Of a stretch of 64,000 nt of DNA, positions 29,492 through 38,366 are shown piece after piece. The DNA is from an uncultured Gammaproteobacteria bacterium (GTDB lineage Bacteria; Patescibacteriota; Microgenomatia; 0-14-0-10-38-17): the NCBI GenBank assembly GCA_964348895.1, contig CAYGEH010000001.1, positions 546,254 through 610,253 on the forward strand, given 5' to 3'. The notes beneath the pieces are model-generated. The model saw nothing but the letters and a program-made list of their open reading frames with translations, was not told where the DNA came from and made no database searches. A program made the translations under genes and the position numbers. Numbering within the stretch: the first letter of the stretch is position 1; each line of letters opens with the position of its first letter.

Positions 29492-29611
29492 AAAAAAATG
29501 ATTAAATAATTACCAGTTTAAAATAACAAGCTTAATTTTCCTATAAATAGCCACGACACTCTTTTTTTTGACGACCTTAATTATATCATTTTCTTTTTTA
29601 CTTCTTTTTAG

Positions 29612-29640
29612 TTGATTTTAAAAATAAGAAAAAGTATAAT
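29612..29640 (+). promoter_or_regulatory. Sigma70-like promoter (TTGATT-17-TATAAT) driving a leaderless small ORF
   Basis: The -10 TATAAT ends 7 nt before the ATG at 29648, which implies a leaderless transcript. Confidence 0.4.
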
Positions 29641-29647
29641 AACAACT

Positions 29648-29875
29648 ATGGGTCGAGGTAGAGAGCTAGATGCTTATTGCTGCTTTAGAACTACAAAAGA
29701 AACTATCCAAGAAGGGATGGATTTTGAAATTCCAAATGAAGAAATTCCCCCAGAGGGAATTTGTAGTGTTAGCGAAACTCGTATTAAGCCTTGTGATTAT
29801 CCTGGAGATTTAACCCAAGGCTGTCCTACAGTACAAAGCGGTGGTGATTTTTGTGAGATGGATTGGGCTAAGTGA
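29648..29875 (+). CDS. Small cysteine-rich protein (75 aa, 6 Cys including a CC pair), function unknown
   Basis: ORF MGRGRELDAYCCFRTTKETIQEGMDFEIPNEEIPPEGICSVSETRIKPCDYPGDLTQGCPTVQSGGDFCEMDWAK. No signal peptide and no recognisable motif. Confidence 0.35.
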   Translation: MGRGRELDAYCCFRTTKETIQEGMDFEIPNEEIPPEGICSVSETRIKPCDYPGDLTQGCPTVQSGGDFCEMDWAK

Positions 29876-29879
29876 CAAC

Positions 29880-31934
29880 TTAACCTAAAAAGGAAATTTT
29901 AACATCAACCGCAACAGCGACTTCTTTATTGACAATTAAAGGGTTAATGTCTAGCTGGTCAACCCTTGGAGCAATTTCAATTAATTTAGCAATCGCCAAG
30001 AGGACTTCCTCTATTTTATTTAAATTAACACCAGTCTTTCCTCTAGCCCCTTTTAGGACAGGATAAATTTTAAGCTCGGAAAGCATTGCTTGGGCGTCAT
30101 TTTGGTTAATTGGCAAGGCTCTAAAAACTTGATCTTGCCAAACTTCAGTATAAATGCCACCCGCACCAACCATAATCAAGTGACCAAAGCTTGAGTCTTG
30201 TTTGACTCCAACAATTAACTCTATTTCTCCTTCAACTGCTTCGGTTAAAATAAACTCAGGAGAATCAAAAAGCCCACCCATTATATTAAAGTGTTTTAAA
30301 AAGCTTTCTTGAGAGGTAACTTTTTGCACCGCTCCTAATTCAGTTTTATGAAGCAGTTCTGGTGACAACACCTTCAAAAAGGCCGGTAAGCCAATTTTTT
30401 CTAAAATAGCTAAACCTTGTTCTTTATTCTTAAATTTGGCAAACGCTGGCACTGCTATTTGACAATTAGCCAAAATTTCAAATCCCTCTGCTTCATTTAA
30501 TCTGGTTTGAGTCGTTTTATTAATAATTTCTTTAATTTTTTGGCCATTGATTTTATTGTTATTAGCCTTAGGCTTTTCTTTAGTTTTTTCTTGCCAGGCA
30601 ACTGCCCTTGACAGAGAGATGGCAACATCTTTTGGGGCAGAAAAATTAACCAGTTTATTTTTTTGAAAAATTTCTTTAGCGGTTTTAACACTTTCGCCCC
30701 CCATAAAAATAGGAATAATCGGCTTTTTAGTTTTAATTTGAGTCAATTTGTGGGCAATTGCTTCAACATCAGTGCCTCTTTGCTTGGTTAAAATGACAAT
30801 CAAGTTGTCAACTTCTTGATCAGCGAGAATTATTTGACTGGCTTTAAAATATGTTTCTGGCTCAGCGTTTCCCAAAAGATCAATTGGATTATTCAGGCCA
30901 GCTTCTTTGGGTAAAATTTTAATTAGCGCTTTGATTGTTTTAGGAGAAAGAGAGGCCATTAAAAGTCCATTTTGGACAACAGCGTCAGTGGTCAGAACCC
31001 CTGGACCGCCAGCATTAGTGACAATTGCGACCGTCTTTCCTGGTTTTTTACCCTTAAGACCAGTTAACAGTTTGGCTAAATTAATCATTTCTTCAACGCT
31101 ATTGGCGGCGATAATGTTGGTTTGACTAAAAACACCTTCGGTTACTTTTTGTGGAGTAGCTAAACTGGCAGTGTGGGACTGGGCAGACTTGGCCCCGAGC
31201 GCAGTTTGTCCAGATTTTAAAACAATAAGAGGCTTTTTGGTTGTAGTTTTTTTAACTAAATCAAGAAATCTTTTTCCATTTTTAAAAGATTCTAAATAAA
31301 ACAAAACAAGATCAGTATTCCTGTCTTGAGAAAAAAATTCTAACAAATCAGCCTCATTAATGTCGGCCTTATTACCTAGGCTGGCAAAAAAGGAAAACCC
31401 TAAACCTGTTTCGTTGATTAATTCAATAACTGGAGCGGCTAATGCCCCCGACTGAGAGGCAAAGGCAATTCTTCCCTGCTTGGGCATAGCTTCCCCCCAC
31501 GAAGCATTAAGGCCAAGATGGGGGTTGATTACCCCTAAGCAATTAGGTCCTAAAATTCTTAGTTCATATTTCTGAGCGAGATTGACGACTAAATCTTGTT
31601 TATCTTGACCAGAAGAGCCAGTTTCAGCAAAGCCAGCGCTAACAACAATGACAGTTTTAGTGCCAGAAAGACCAACTTCTTCTAAAACTGTTGGAACAAT
31701 GTTGGCTGGGACAACTATTATTGCCAAATCGACCACTTCTGGAAGGTCTAGAACAGAAGCAAACACCTGATGGCCAAGCAGAGTTTGGCATTGGGGGTTG
31801 ACGGGATAAGCCCGACCGGTAAAATTATAATCAAGAAGATTTTTAAAGATTAAATGACCAATTTTTTGGCTGTCTCTTGAGGCTCCGATAACAGCTACAG
31901 ATTTGGGGAAAAACAATTGTTTAAGATTATTCAT
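29880..31934 (-). CDS. Acetyl-CoA synthetase (ADP-forming), fused alpha/beta (NDP-forming acyl-CoA synthetase family)
   Basis: N-terminal CoA-binding domain (KSVAVIGASRDSQKIG) plus succinyl-CoA-synthetase-like and ATP-grasp domains in a single 684-aa polypeptide. Confidence 0.75.
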   Translation of the reverse strand: MNNLKQLFFPKSVAVIGASRDSQKIGHLIFKNLLDYNFTGRAYPVNPQCQTLLGHQVFASVLDLPEVVDLAIIVVPANIVPTVLEEVGLSGTKTVIVVSAGFAETGSSGQDKQDLVVNLAQKYELRILGPNCLGVINPHLGLNASWGEAMPKQGRIAFASQSGALAAPVIELINETGLGFSFFASLGNKADINEADLLEFFSQDRNTDLVLFYLESFKNGKRFLDLVKKTTTKKPLIVLKSGQTALGAKSAQSHTASLATPQKVTEGVFSQTNIIAANSVEEMINLAKLLTGLKGKKPGKTVAIVTNAGGPGVLTTDAVVQNGLLMASLSPKTIKALIKILPKEAGLNNPIDLLGNAEPETYFKASQIILADQEVDNLIVILTKQRGTDVEAIAHKLTQIKTKKPIIPIFMGGESVKTAKEIFQKNKLVNFSAPKDVAISLSRAVAWQEKTKEKPKANNNKINGQKIKEIINKTTQTRLNEAEGFEILANCQIAVPAFAKFKNKEQGLAILEKIGLPAFLKVLSPELLHKTELGAVQKVTSQESFLKHFNIMGGLFDSPEFILTEAVEGEIELIVGVKQDSSFGHLIMVGAGGIYTEVWQDQVFRALPINQNDAQAMLSELKIYPVLKGARGKTGVNLNKIEEVLLAIAKLIEIAPRVDQLDINPLIVNKEVAVAVDVKISFLG

Positions 31935-32078
31935 TGTAGTTGTTCATTATGCCCTATTTATTGATTTTGAGCAATGATTTTTTTTAGTGATTATAAAACT
32001 TTTTAATCTAAAAAAAATGCTTTAGTGTTGCCTTTAGTTTATTTAATTATTTTTTTTATCATTGGGCTTTTTAACCAA

Positions 32079-33506
32079 TTATTGCTTTTCTTTTTGATAA
32101 TAGTAATCTTCACGCGGAGCCTTTTCATACCACCAAACCCTGATTAAAGAAATAATTTTTTGCCAAAAATTCTTTTGATAGGAAGCAAGACTGGCTGGGT
32201 TAAAAAAGTTAACAGCAGCCTCTGTTTCTAGGTTTTCCCAAGCAATTGTAATTATCTCTGCTTGGTTTGACCCTCGGATGTTAAAGGTAAATTGATAGGT
32301 CTGGCCTGGTTCAATTCTTTTTTCTTTTGGCAGAACAATATTGTCGACCTGGCTGGAAATAGAATTAAAACTAAATTCTTTTTCTCCCCAAATTGATTGA
32401 CCGACATTTCTTAAGATTATTTTTCCTTGATATTTAGAGTTTACTGGCAGAAACTTAGGCAAGTCAACGGCTTCAATTTTCCAAGCACTGATTTGTTCTG
32501 GCCACCAAGCAGTTTTAGGCATTTCTCTCATTTTTCGAGAATGAGGATGGTCGCGGCCTTCTTGATCTAGCCAGGAAAAAACATCTAGGGGGGGAGCGTG
32601 ATAATTCAAAACAAAAGGAGTGATGGCCTGAATCTGTGGATCGGCAAGCCAAATTCCAAGAGCGGCCTCGGTATATTCGGCCACTGTTTCTGGATCGTAA
32701 AAACTAGAACTCTTTGTTCCTAATTTTGAATTATTTCTTGGCCAGCCAGTTTCAGTGATAAAAACAGGTAAATCTTTGGTGACACCAAAGCTGTTTTTTA
32801 AAGTAGTAATTTCCCAGCGATAACCGACAATGCTTCGTCTGCCTTGATCAGTTGGTTTTCCAATAAAACCGGGATTAGGATAAGGATGAGAGCTCCAAAC
32901 ATCAAGGCGATTAAAAATTTGGGGGACGGCTTGGTTCATTATTTGCCAGTAGCGATAGGTGTCCATAGTACCGCTTGAATTATCAGCGGCCAAATCAAAG
33001 CCACCGTTAAGAATTTTAAAATTCTGGTCTTTTTCTTTAAATTTGTCAATTGTATAGTTTAAAATTTGGGCGTATTCAGCCGGATTAATTTCTCCGCCCC
33101 ATTCTTTGGCGTGATTGGTTTCGTTAAAAACAATAATATATTGGTTTTTAATTGGCCAGTTTAGACCAGCTAGAAATTCAGCCATTTTGTCAATATCGGT
33201 TAAAGTTGGTTTTCGCCAGTTTTCGTTTTCCATTTCGGTAGCTAGGCGAACCAGGGGAATCAAATGAAGTCGGCGACAATCATTAAAAAAATTCTGCCAT
33301 TTTTGTTGATCGAGATCGTTAATTCGTAAAACTATAGTTACCCAACCCCAGTCTCCTCCTTGGGAATTAACGAGTTTGGCCGCCTGAAAGACTTCGCTTG
33401 GCTCCAAGATGTGAATGCCAAACTTATTGGTTTCTTGAGCTAAAACTGGGCTAAGAAAAGTAAGGAATGTTAAAATAGCAAGAACGAGAACAAAAAGTTT
33501 TTTCAT
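32079..33506 (-). CDS. Secreted putative glycoside hydrolase (TIM-barrel, GH5-like) with C-terminal beta-sandwich domain
   Basis: Signal peptide. FNETNH (NE acid/base-like motif) and aromatic-rich barrel strands. Confidence 0.4.
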   Translation of the reverse strand: MKKLFVLVLAILTFLTFLSPVLAQETNKFGIHILEPSEVFQAAKLVNSQGGDWGWVTIVLRINDLDQQKWQNFFNDCRRLHLIPLVRLATEMENENWRKPTLTDIDKMAEFLAGLNWPIKNQYIIVFNETNHAKEWGGEINPAEYAQILNYTIDKFKEKDQNFKILNGGFDLAADNSSGTMDTYRYWQIMNQAVPQIFNRLDVWSSHPYPNPGFIGKPTDQGRRSIVGYRWEITTLKNSFGVTKDLPVFITETGWPRNNSKLGTKSSSFYDPETVAEYTEAALGIWLADPQIQAITPFVLNYHAPPLDVFSWLDQEGRDHPHSRKMREMPKTAWWPEQISAWKIEAVDLPKFLPVNSKYQGKIILRNVGQSIWGEKEFSFNSISSQVDNIVLPKEKRIEPGQTYQFTFNIRGSNQAEIITIAWENLETEAAVNFFNPASLASYQKNFWQKIISLIRVWWYEKAPREDYYYQKEKQ

Positions 33507-33541
33507 TGTTTGTTTATTATAACAAGAAGAAATTGCTAGAT

Positions 33542-34639
33542 ATGGATGAACAAAAGATTCAAGACCAGGTTAGTTTAATTCAAAAAGAAATTAGTGCTAC
33601 CCCCCACCATAAGGGAACAGAGCATTATTTGGGTCGGCTTAGGGCTAAAATCGCCCGCCTAGAAGACCAGTTATTAAACAAAAGATTGAAAGGCGGGGGT
33701 GGGGGTGGGGGTTATGCAGTTAGCAAGGGAGGCGACGCCACGGTAGTTTTAGTTGGCTTTCCCTCTGTTGGCAAATCAACCGTTCTTAATCAAATGACGG
33801 ATGCCAATTCAAAAACCGCCCACTACCCATTTACCACTCTTACGGTAATACCGGGAATGATGAGTTATCGTGGTGCTCAAATTCAAATACTGGATGTTCC
33901 CGGATTAATTTCAGGAGCAGCTGTTGGGCGGGGACGAGGCAAGGAGGTTTTGTCAGTAATAAGAATCGCCGATTTAATTTTATTTTTGGTTGACTCAGAA
34001 AATATTAATCAAGTAGAAGTAATTATTAAAGAATTAGCCCTAGCTGGAATTAGGGCGGGACAAAGTGCCCCCAGAATTGTGGTTAATAAAAAAACTAAGG
34101 GAGGAATTTTAATTAAGAACCCCAGGAGCCTAGAAGGCTTAACAATCGAAACTGCTAAGGGAATTATTGAGGAGCTAGGAATAAAAAATGCGGAAATTAT
34201 TATTAAAGACAGTAAAATTAACCAAGAGAGATTAATTGATGCCGTTTTGGGGAATCGAGCTTATCTTCCCTATTTGTTGGTGGTTAATAAGATTGACAAA
34301 CTAACAAAGAATCAACTTTCTAAAATTGAACACCAGTTTTCTGGGGCGATTTTAGTTAGTGCTCTGACTGGTCAAGGAGTTGACGATTTAAAACAAGCAA
34401 TTTTTGCCAAGCTAAAGCTAAAAAGAGTTTATCTTAAACCACAGGGCGGTAGGGCTGATTTTAATGAGCCTTTAATTATGAGGGGCGACCAAACAGTGAC
34501 TGATGTTGCTACTCAACTCGGTCAAGTTTTGGAGGGAAAAAAAAGTGTTTATGTTTGGGGACGATCAGCCAGGTTTTCTGGACAGCTGGTTTCAAATAAC
34601 CACATTTTAGTTGACGAAGATATTGTTTCCTTTAAATAG
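33542..34639 (+). CDS. DRG/Rbg1-type GTPase (Obg superfamily) with C-terminal TGS domain
   Basis: N-terminal helical KGTEHYLGRLRAKIARLEDQLL, Gly-rich linker, G1 GFPSVGKST, YPFTT switch, DVPGLI G3, NKID G4. This pattern matches DRG rather than bacterial Obg. The start was reset to the internal Met at 33542. Confidence 0.75.
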   Translation: MDEQKIQDQVSLIQKEISATPHHKGTEHYLGRLRAKIARLEDQLLNKRLKGGGGGGGYAVSKGGDATVVLVGFPSVGKSTVLNQMTDANSKTAHYPFTTLTVIPGMMSYRGAQIQILDVPGLISGAAVGRGRGKEVLSVIRIADLILFLVDSENINQVEVIIKELALAGIRAGQSAPRIVVNKKTKGGILIKNPRSLEGLTIETAKGIIEELGIKNAEIIIKDSKINQERLIDAVLGNRAYLPYLLVVNKIDKLTKNQLSKIEHQFSGAILVSALTGQGVDDLKQAIFAKLKLKRVYLKPQGGRADFNEPLIMRGDQTVTDVATQLGQVLEGKKSVYVWGRSARFSGQLVSNNHILVDEDIVSFK

Positions 34640-34720
34640 CTAGGCTCTTTTTCTTAAAATAAGAGAATAAAATAAATTTACTTGTTTTAGATCAAGAAGT
34701 TTTTCGTGAAGTTTATTAAA

Positions 34721-35764
34721 CTAACAGCCACCCTGGACGGCTTGAGTTTCATCCTCTAATCTTTGATCACATTCTTGAGGTGGAGTATTAAAAGCGGAGC
34801 AAATTGCTTGATTAAAGGCTTGAGCACTTCTTTCTCCCGAATAAACAGTGTCATTAATTAGAATAGTTGGTGATCCAGAAACGCTGTATTGTTCGGCAAA
34901 AGCAATTTGCTGGTCTAGTAAAGTGGCAAACTCTTCTCTTTCACAGCGACTAATTCTGGCAACATTAATTCTTAGTCGTTGAGCTGGTCCAGTCCAGCAA
35001 GTATCAGCATTTGTGTCGGAACAGTCAGCATTAACTTCCTTTAGAAAATTCCAAAACTTTTCTGGCTGATATTTATAAACGCAAAGCTCTCGAACAGCCT
35101 GATTAACCTCTTGTTCGCCTCGAAGGGAGGTATAGCCAGTGTCTGTCCTAGAGACAATATATCTGGGAATAATATCAGCTCTATCTTGAAGCAATTCAGC
35201 AACGGGAAGCATGATTTCTTCAGCTTGATTAGCAAAAGGACAGAAGCTCATTAAAAATATTTGCACTTGAGGTCGATCGCTTTTGGGAACTTCTCTTGGG
35301 GCGGTTTCACGAGGAGCAGTTTCTTCTGGTGAAGCCTCGCCTCTAAACGCCGCAGTATCGTAACCAGTGGGAAAGATAAGACTACCATCCTTGGTGGCAT
35401 AAGAAGTAAATGTTCCCTGGTTTGGAATGGTAATATCAAAACTGTAAATAAAGCCTAAATCTTTAATGTTGGCAATTTCAATTTCTTGATTGGGCAAAAC
35501 TTCAGCAGCAATAAAATCTTTAGTAAATTCTTCTATTTCTGTAGGAGAAAGGGTTCTTCGATCAAAAGCCCCCAAAATTGTTCGAGCAACCCCAGTGTTT
35601 CCTGCGAAAGCAAAAAACAAAATTGGAACAAGAAAAGTGGCTATTGGAATAAGAATTGCCCTTTTTGTTCGGAAAAAACCAACAAGGTTTAATTTTTTAA
35701 TTCTTTTACTAAACTCTTTTAAGGGAGATGATTCTTGGGCGACTTTCTTTTTTGTTTTTGCCAT
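34721..35764 (-). CDS. Membrane-anchored thioredoxin-fold (DsbA-like, CxxA variant) protein with Cys-rich C-terminal region
   Basis: N-terminal TM helix. FCPFA at the position of the CxxC active site. Eight further Cys residues in the C-terminal half. Confidence 0.4.
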   Translation of the reverse strand: MAKTKKKVAQESSPLKEFSKRIKKLNLVGFFRTKRAILIPIATFLVPILFFAFAGNTGVARTILGAFDRRTLSPTEIEEFTKDFIAAEVLPNQEIEIANIKDLGFIYSFDITIPNQGTFTSYATKDGSLIFPTGYDTAAFRGEASPEETAPRETAPREVPKSDRPQVQIFLMSFCPFANQAEEIMLPVAELLQDRADIIPRYIVSRTDTGYTSLRGEQEVNQAVRELCVYKYQPEKFWNFLKEVNADCSDTNADTCWTGPAQRLRINVARISRCEREEFATLLDQQIAFAEQYSVSGSPTILINDTVYSGERSAQAFNQAICSAFNTPPQECDQRLEDETQAVQGGC

Positions 35765-35816
35765 ATAAATGCCAGTCTATCACTCAAAAATTAATTTATC
35801 AAGAGGATATTTTAAT

Positions 35817-35891
35817 GGGTGGCTAACCGGATTCGAACCGGCAACCTCTGCTTCCACAGAGCAGCGCTCTAACCATTGAGCTATAACCACC
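35817..35891 (-). tRNA. tRNA-His (anticodon GTG) with encoded G-1
   Basis: Reverse complement G-GTGGTTATAGCTCAATGGTTAGAGCGCTGCTCTGTGGAAGCAGAGGTTGCCGGTTCGAATCCGGTTAGCCACC. Anticodon loop CTGTGGA. Extra 5' G pairing with C73. Ends are approximate (+/-2 nt). Confidence 0.8.
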
Positions 35892-35947
35892 AAAGAACCC
35901 CAAGTTAATCTTTTTTTAAGAAATAAGCCTTAATTTTAATCTTTTTG

Positions 35948-36021
35948 TGTCCCCGGTGTGATTCGAACACACGACCTACTCCTTAGAAGGGAGTTGCTCT
36001 ATCCACCTGAGCTACGGGGAC
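35948..36021 (-). tRNA. tRNA-Arg (anticodon TCT)
   Basis: Reverse complement GTCCCCGTAGCTCAGGTGGATAGAGCAACTCCCTTCTAAGGAGTAGGTCGTGTGTTCGAATCACACCGGGGACA. Confidence 0.85.
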
Positions 36022-36107
36022 AAGGCTTCCCCTGACCTGTAATTTTAACAAAATAGTTGATCAAAAACAATTTGCTAATTCGGTAGTCTGTGATATTATA
36101 GGATACT

Positions 36108-36863
36108 ATGGTGGCAACAGAAAGACGCCTTCCAGGCCTTGATCGGTTGTTACGGGTTCAGCAAGTTAATTTGTTTACCGGATTGATGGGGGTTGAGCCC
36201 AAATATTTATTTTTGCCTGAAGGGCAAAACGGGAAACCTGATTCTCTTTCAAGTTGTGTTGAAGAAGTTAATTCTTCTGGGGAGATTTCCCCTTTTACCC
36301 TAGAGTATTTTTCTGAAAAAGCTAGGGGCTGGATATCAAGAGAGTGGGGCAATTTTTATCTTGATGCCCCCAGAGGTTTTTTTTTAGTTTGGAAAACCCC
36401 AGTTAAAGATGGTCAAGGGCACCCTTTTACAGTAGCCGGAATCTCTTTTTCAATAAAAGGATTCGATTCAATTGAGCAAAGTCGATATCCGAGGTTGAAT
36501 TTAGATTGCTTAAAGAAAGGCGATGTTTTGGTCGCTCAAATTCAAGGTCAAAAAGGTCTTAGCCGGAAAGGCCTTGATGAGCTAAACAAGCTTAAGTGGG
36601 AAAGGGCGTTATTGCAAACAGTTGTTGATTGGGCTCAAAGAGCTGGTTTACCACGAGTTTTAGTCGCACCCTCTGCTAACAACCATTGGCTAAACCATGC
36701 TTATTGTCAACAAACAAAAGATGAGCTAGAAGATTTAGAAAAAAGACTCTTTTTGCGCTACGATGTTACTGCTCGTCGATGTGGGTTTAGACAAGAAGCA
36801 GAGAACTTGCCTTATTCTTTAGAATTGCCCGGAGAAATTCTTTATGAAACTCTTTGGAGCTGA
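36108..36863 (+). CDS. Hypothetical protein (possible GNAT-like acyltransferase fold)
   Basis: 251-aa ORF with no diagnostic motif. Slightly more G-rich than its neighbours. Flanked by tRNA genes. Confidence 0.4.
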   Translation: MVATERRLPGLDRLLRVQQVNLFTGLMGVEPKYLFLPEGQNGKPDSLSSCVEEVNSSGEISPFTLEYFSEKARGWISREWGNFYLDAPRGFFLVWKTPVKDGQGHPFTVAGISFSIKGFDSIEQSRYPRLNLDCLKKGDVLVAQIQGQKGLSRKGLDELNKLKWERALLQTVVDWAQRAGLPRVLVAPSANNHWLNHAYCQQTKDELEDLEKRLFLRYDVTARRCGFRQEAENLPYSLELPGEILYETLWS

Positions 36864-37882
36864 TATTTTCTTTTTCCTAAACCAATTTCTTCGCTAATTT
36901 CAAGGATCGGTTGATAATCAATACCATTTACTTCTAGAAACAAATCTCTTCCCCCTTTTTGCTTAATCCAATCTAGGCTGGCCTGATCAATTGCTACTGG
37001 ATCATCTGAAATTAGAATTCCCAAATCTTCCATTAATTTTGGGCTAGTGGAAGAAAAACAATCACAAACGGGGTTAATGTTAATTAAGTAATTAAAATAA
37101 AGACTGGGTTTATTTTTTACTAAAGCATAAGCATAAACAGCAGTTTTTTCTTGACAAACAGTCAAATCTTCTTTCTTGACCTCAATTGCCTTTTGGGGAC
37201 AGACTGCCACACACTCACCACAGCCAATACATCGCTGATAGTTAATAATAATTTTATCTTTTTCTTGCTTTATTGCTTTTGTGGGACAGTTTTGAATACA
37301 TAAACCACAAACAACACAGTGATCGTAATTAACCTTTCCAACAGTATTGGTGTGTAAGATTTTCTTGCCTTTCGGAGTTGCTCCGCCCATGCCTAAGTTT
37401 TTTAAGGCTCCACCAAAGCCAAACATTGGATGTCCCTTAAGATGAGACAAGCAAACAAAGCTGTTGGCCTCTCTTAGTTCCTTTCCCAAATAAATTGGCA
37501 AATTTTGGTATTGATTAGATAGCTTATTAAGCTTGAATTCAAAATTATCTTCTTGGGCAATGACGACTGGCAACCCCAGATCAGCAAAGCCGTGCTTTTT
37601 GGCGGTTTTAAGATGATTTTCTGTCTCGCTTCTTTGGCCGGTGTAAAGAGTGTTAGTGTCAACTAAAAAAGCCTTTTTTCTTTGTTTAACTAACCAGTCA
37701 ACGACTGGCCTAATCGTTTTTCCTCTTAGAGCGTTTTCGTTGCCAGGTTCACCAAAATGAGTTTTAACAGCGATTGGTTCAACCAGGGGAAACAGAATTC
37801 TTTCTAACAGAGAATTAACTTTGGCAGGATTCTTTTGATAATCTGACCAAGAAAGCTGATAAACTTGACTAATCTTATTCAT
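36842..37882 (-). CDS. DUF362-domain protein fused to 2x[4Fe-4S] ferredoxin domain
   Basis: CVVCGLCIQNCP and CIGCGECVAVCP cluster-binding motifs, preceded by a DUF362-like N-terminal domain. Confidence 0.7.
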   Translation of the reverse strand: MNKISQVYQLSWSDYQKNPAKVNSLLERILFPLVEPIAVKTHFGEPGNENALRGKTIRPVVDWLVKQRKKAFLVDTNTLYTGQRSETENHLKTAKKHGFADLGLPVVIAQEDNFEFKLNKLSNQYQNLPIYLGKELREANSFVCLSHLKGHPMFGFGGALKNLGMGGATPKGKKILHTNTVGKVNYDHCVVCGLCIQNCPTKAIKQEKDKIIINYQRCIGCGECVAVCPQKAIEVKKEDLTVCQEKTAVYAYALVKNKPSLYFNYLININPVCDCFSSTSPKLMEDLGILISDDPVAIDQASLDWIKQKGGRDLFLEVNGIDYQPILEISEEIGLGKRKYQLQRVS

Positions 37883-37933
37883 TTAGGTGTATTTTATTGT
37901 TTGATTAATTGTAAGCCGATAAATAAAAATCTG

Positions 37934-38263
37934 TCAAATCTTTACTATGTTTTTGGGAGTCGATAATCTAATTATCAAGTCAAAATTATCTTTCAGCGAA
38001 GAGTCAACAATAGTTTTTTTACCACACCGCTGGCACTGATGGGAAATTCGCCACTTCTCCCCTTTCTGGCTGACTCCGACCGGCCTCATCATTCCCTGAC
38101 AGTTTGACTTTCTGTCGCCGGGGACCTCCTGATCAACGTGTTTACTCCAAAGACACCCAGGACAGTGGTTAACATATCGGCCTCCCTTGTTTTTTTGACC
38201 GCAAGCAAGACAAATAAAGGTTTCTCTTTTGGGGACAAGAAAATTTTTTCTTACTACAAGCAT
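37934..38263 (-). CDS. RNHCP-domain zinc-ribbon protein
   Basis: FICLACGQ...RYVNHCPGCLWSKHVD...CQRCGK matches the RNHCP-domain Cys pattern. The start was trimmed to MLVVRK; the upstream extension is low-complexity. Confidence 0.55.
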   Translation of the reverse strand: MLVVRKNFLVPKRETFICLACGQKNKGGRYVNHCPGCLWSKHVDQEVPGDRKSNCQGMMRPVGVSQKGEKWRISHQCQRCGKKTIVDSSLKDNFDLIIRLSTPKNIVKI

Positions 38264-38366
38264 AAATAATATTTTCTCATAAAAATTATTGGATAAGAAA
38301 AATAAATTTGTATTCATAATTTTGACGGCGAAGAACGAATACTTGAGTGGTGGTAAAATATAAGGC

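Noticed and set aside
33506-33541. Longer start for the DRG GTPase (MFVYYNKKKLLD)
   Set aside because: It overlaps the start codon of the divergent glycosidase gene. The internal Met at 33542 gives a canonical DRG length.
33683-33706. G-rich tract GGCGGGGGTGGGGGTGGGGG (possible G-quadruplex) inside the DRG gene
   Set aside because: It encodes the conserved poly-Gly linker of DRG-family GTPases. Coding constraint is enough to explain it.
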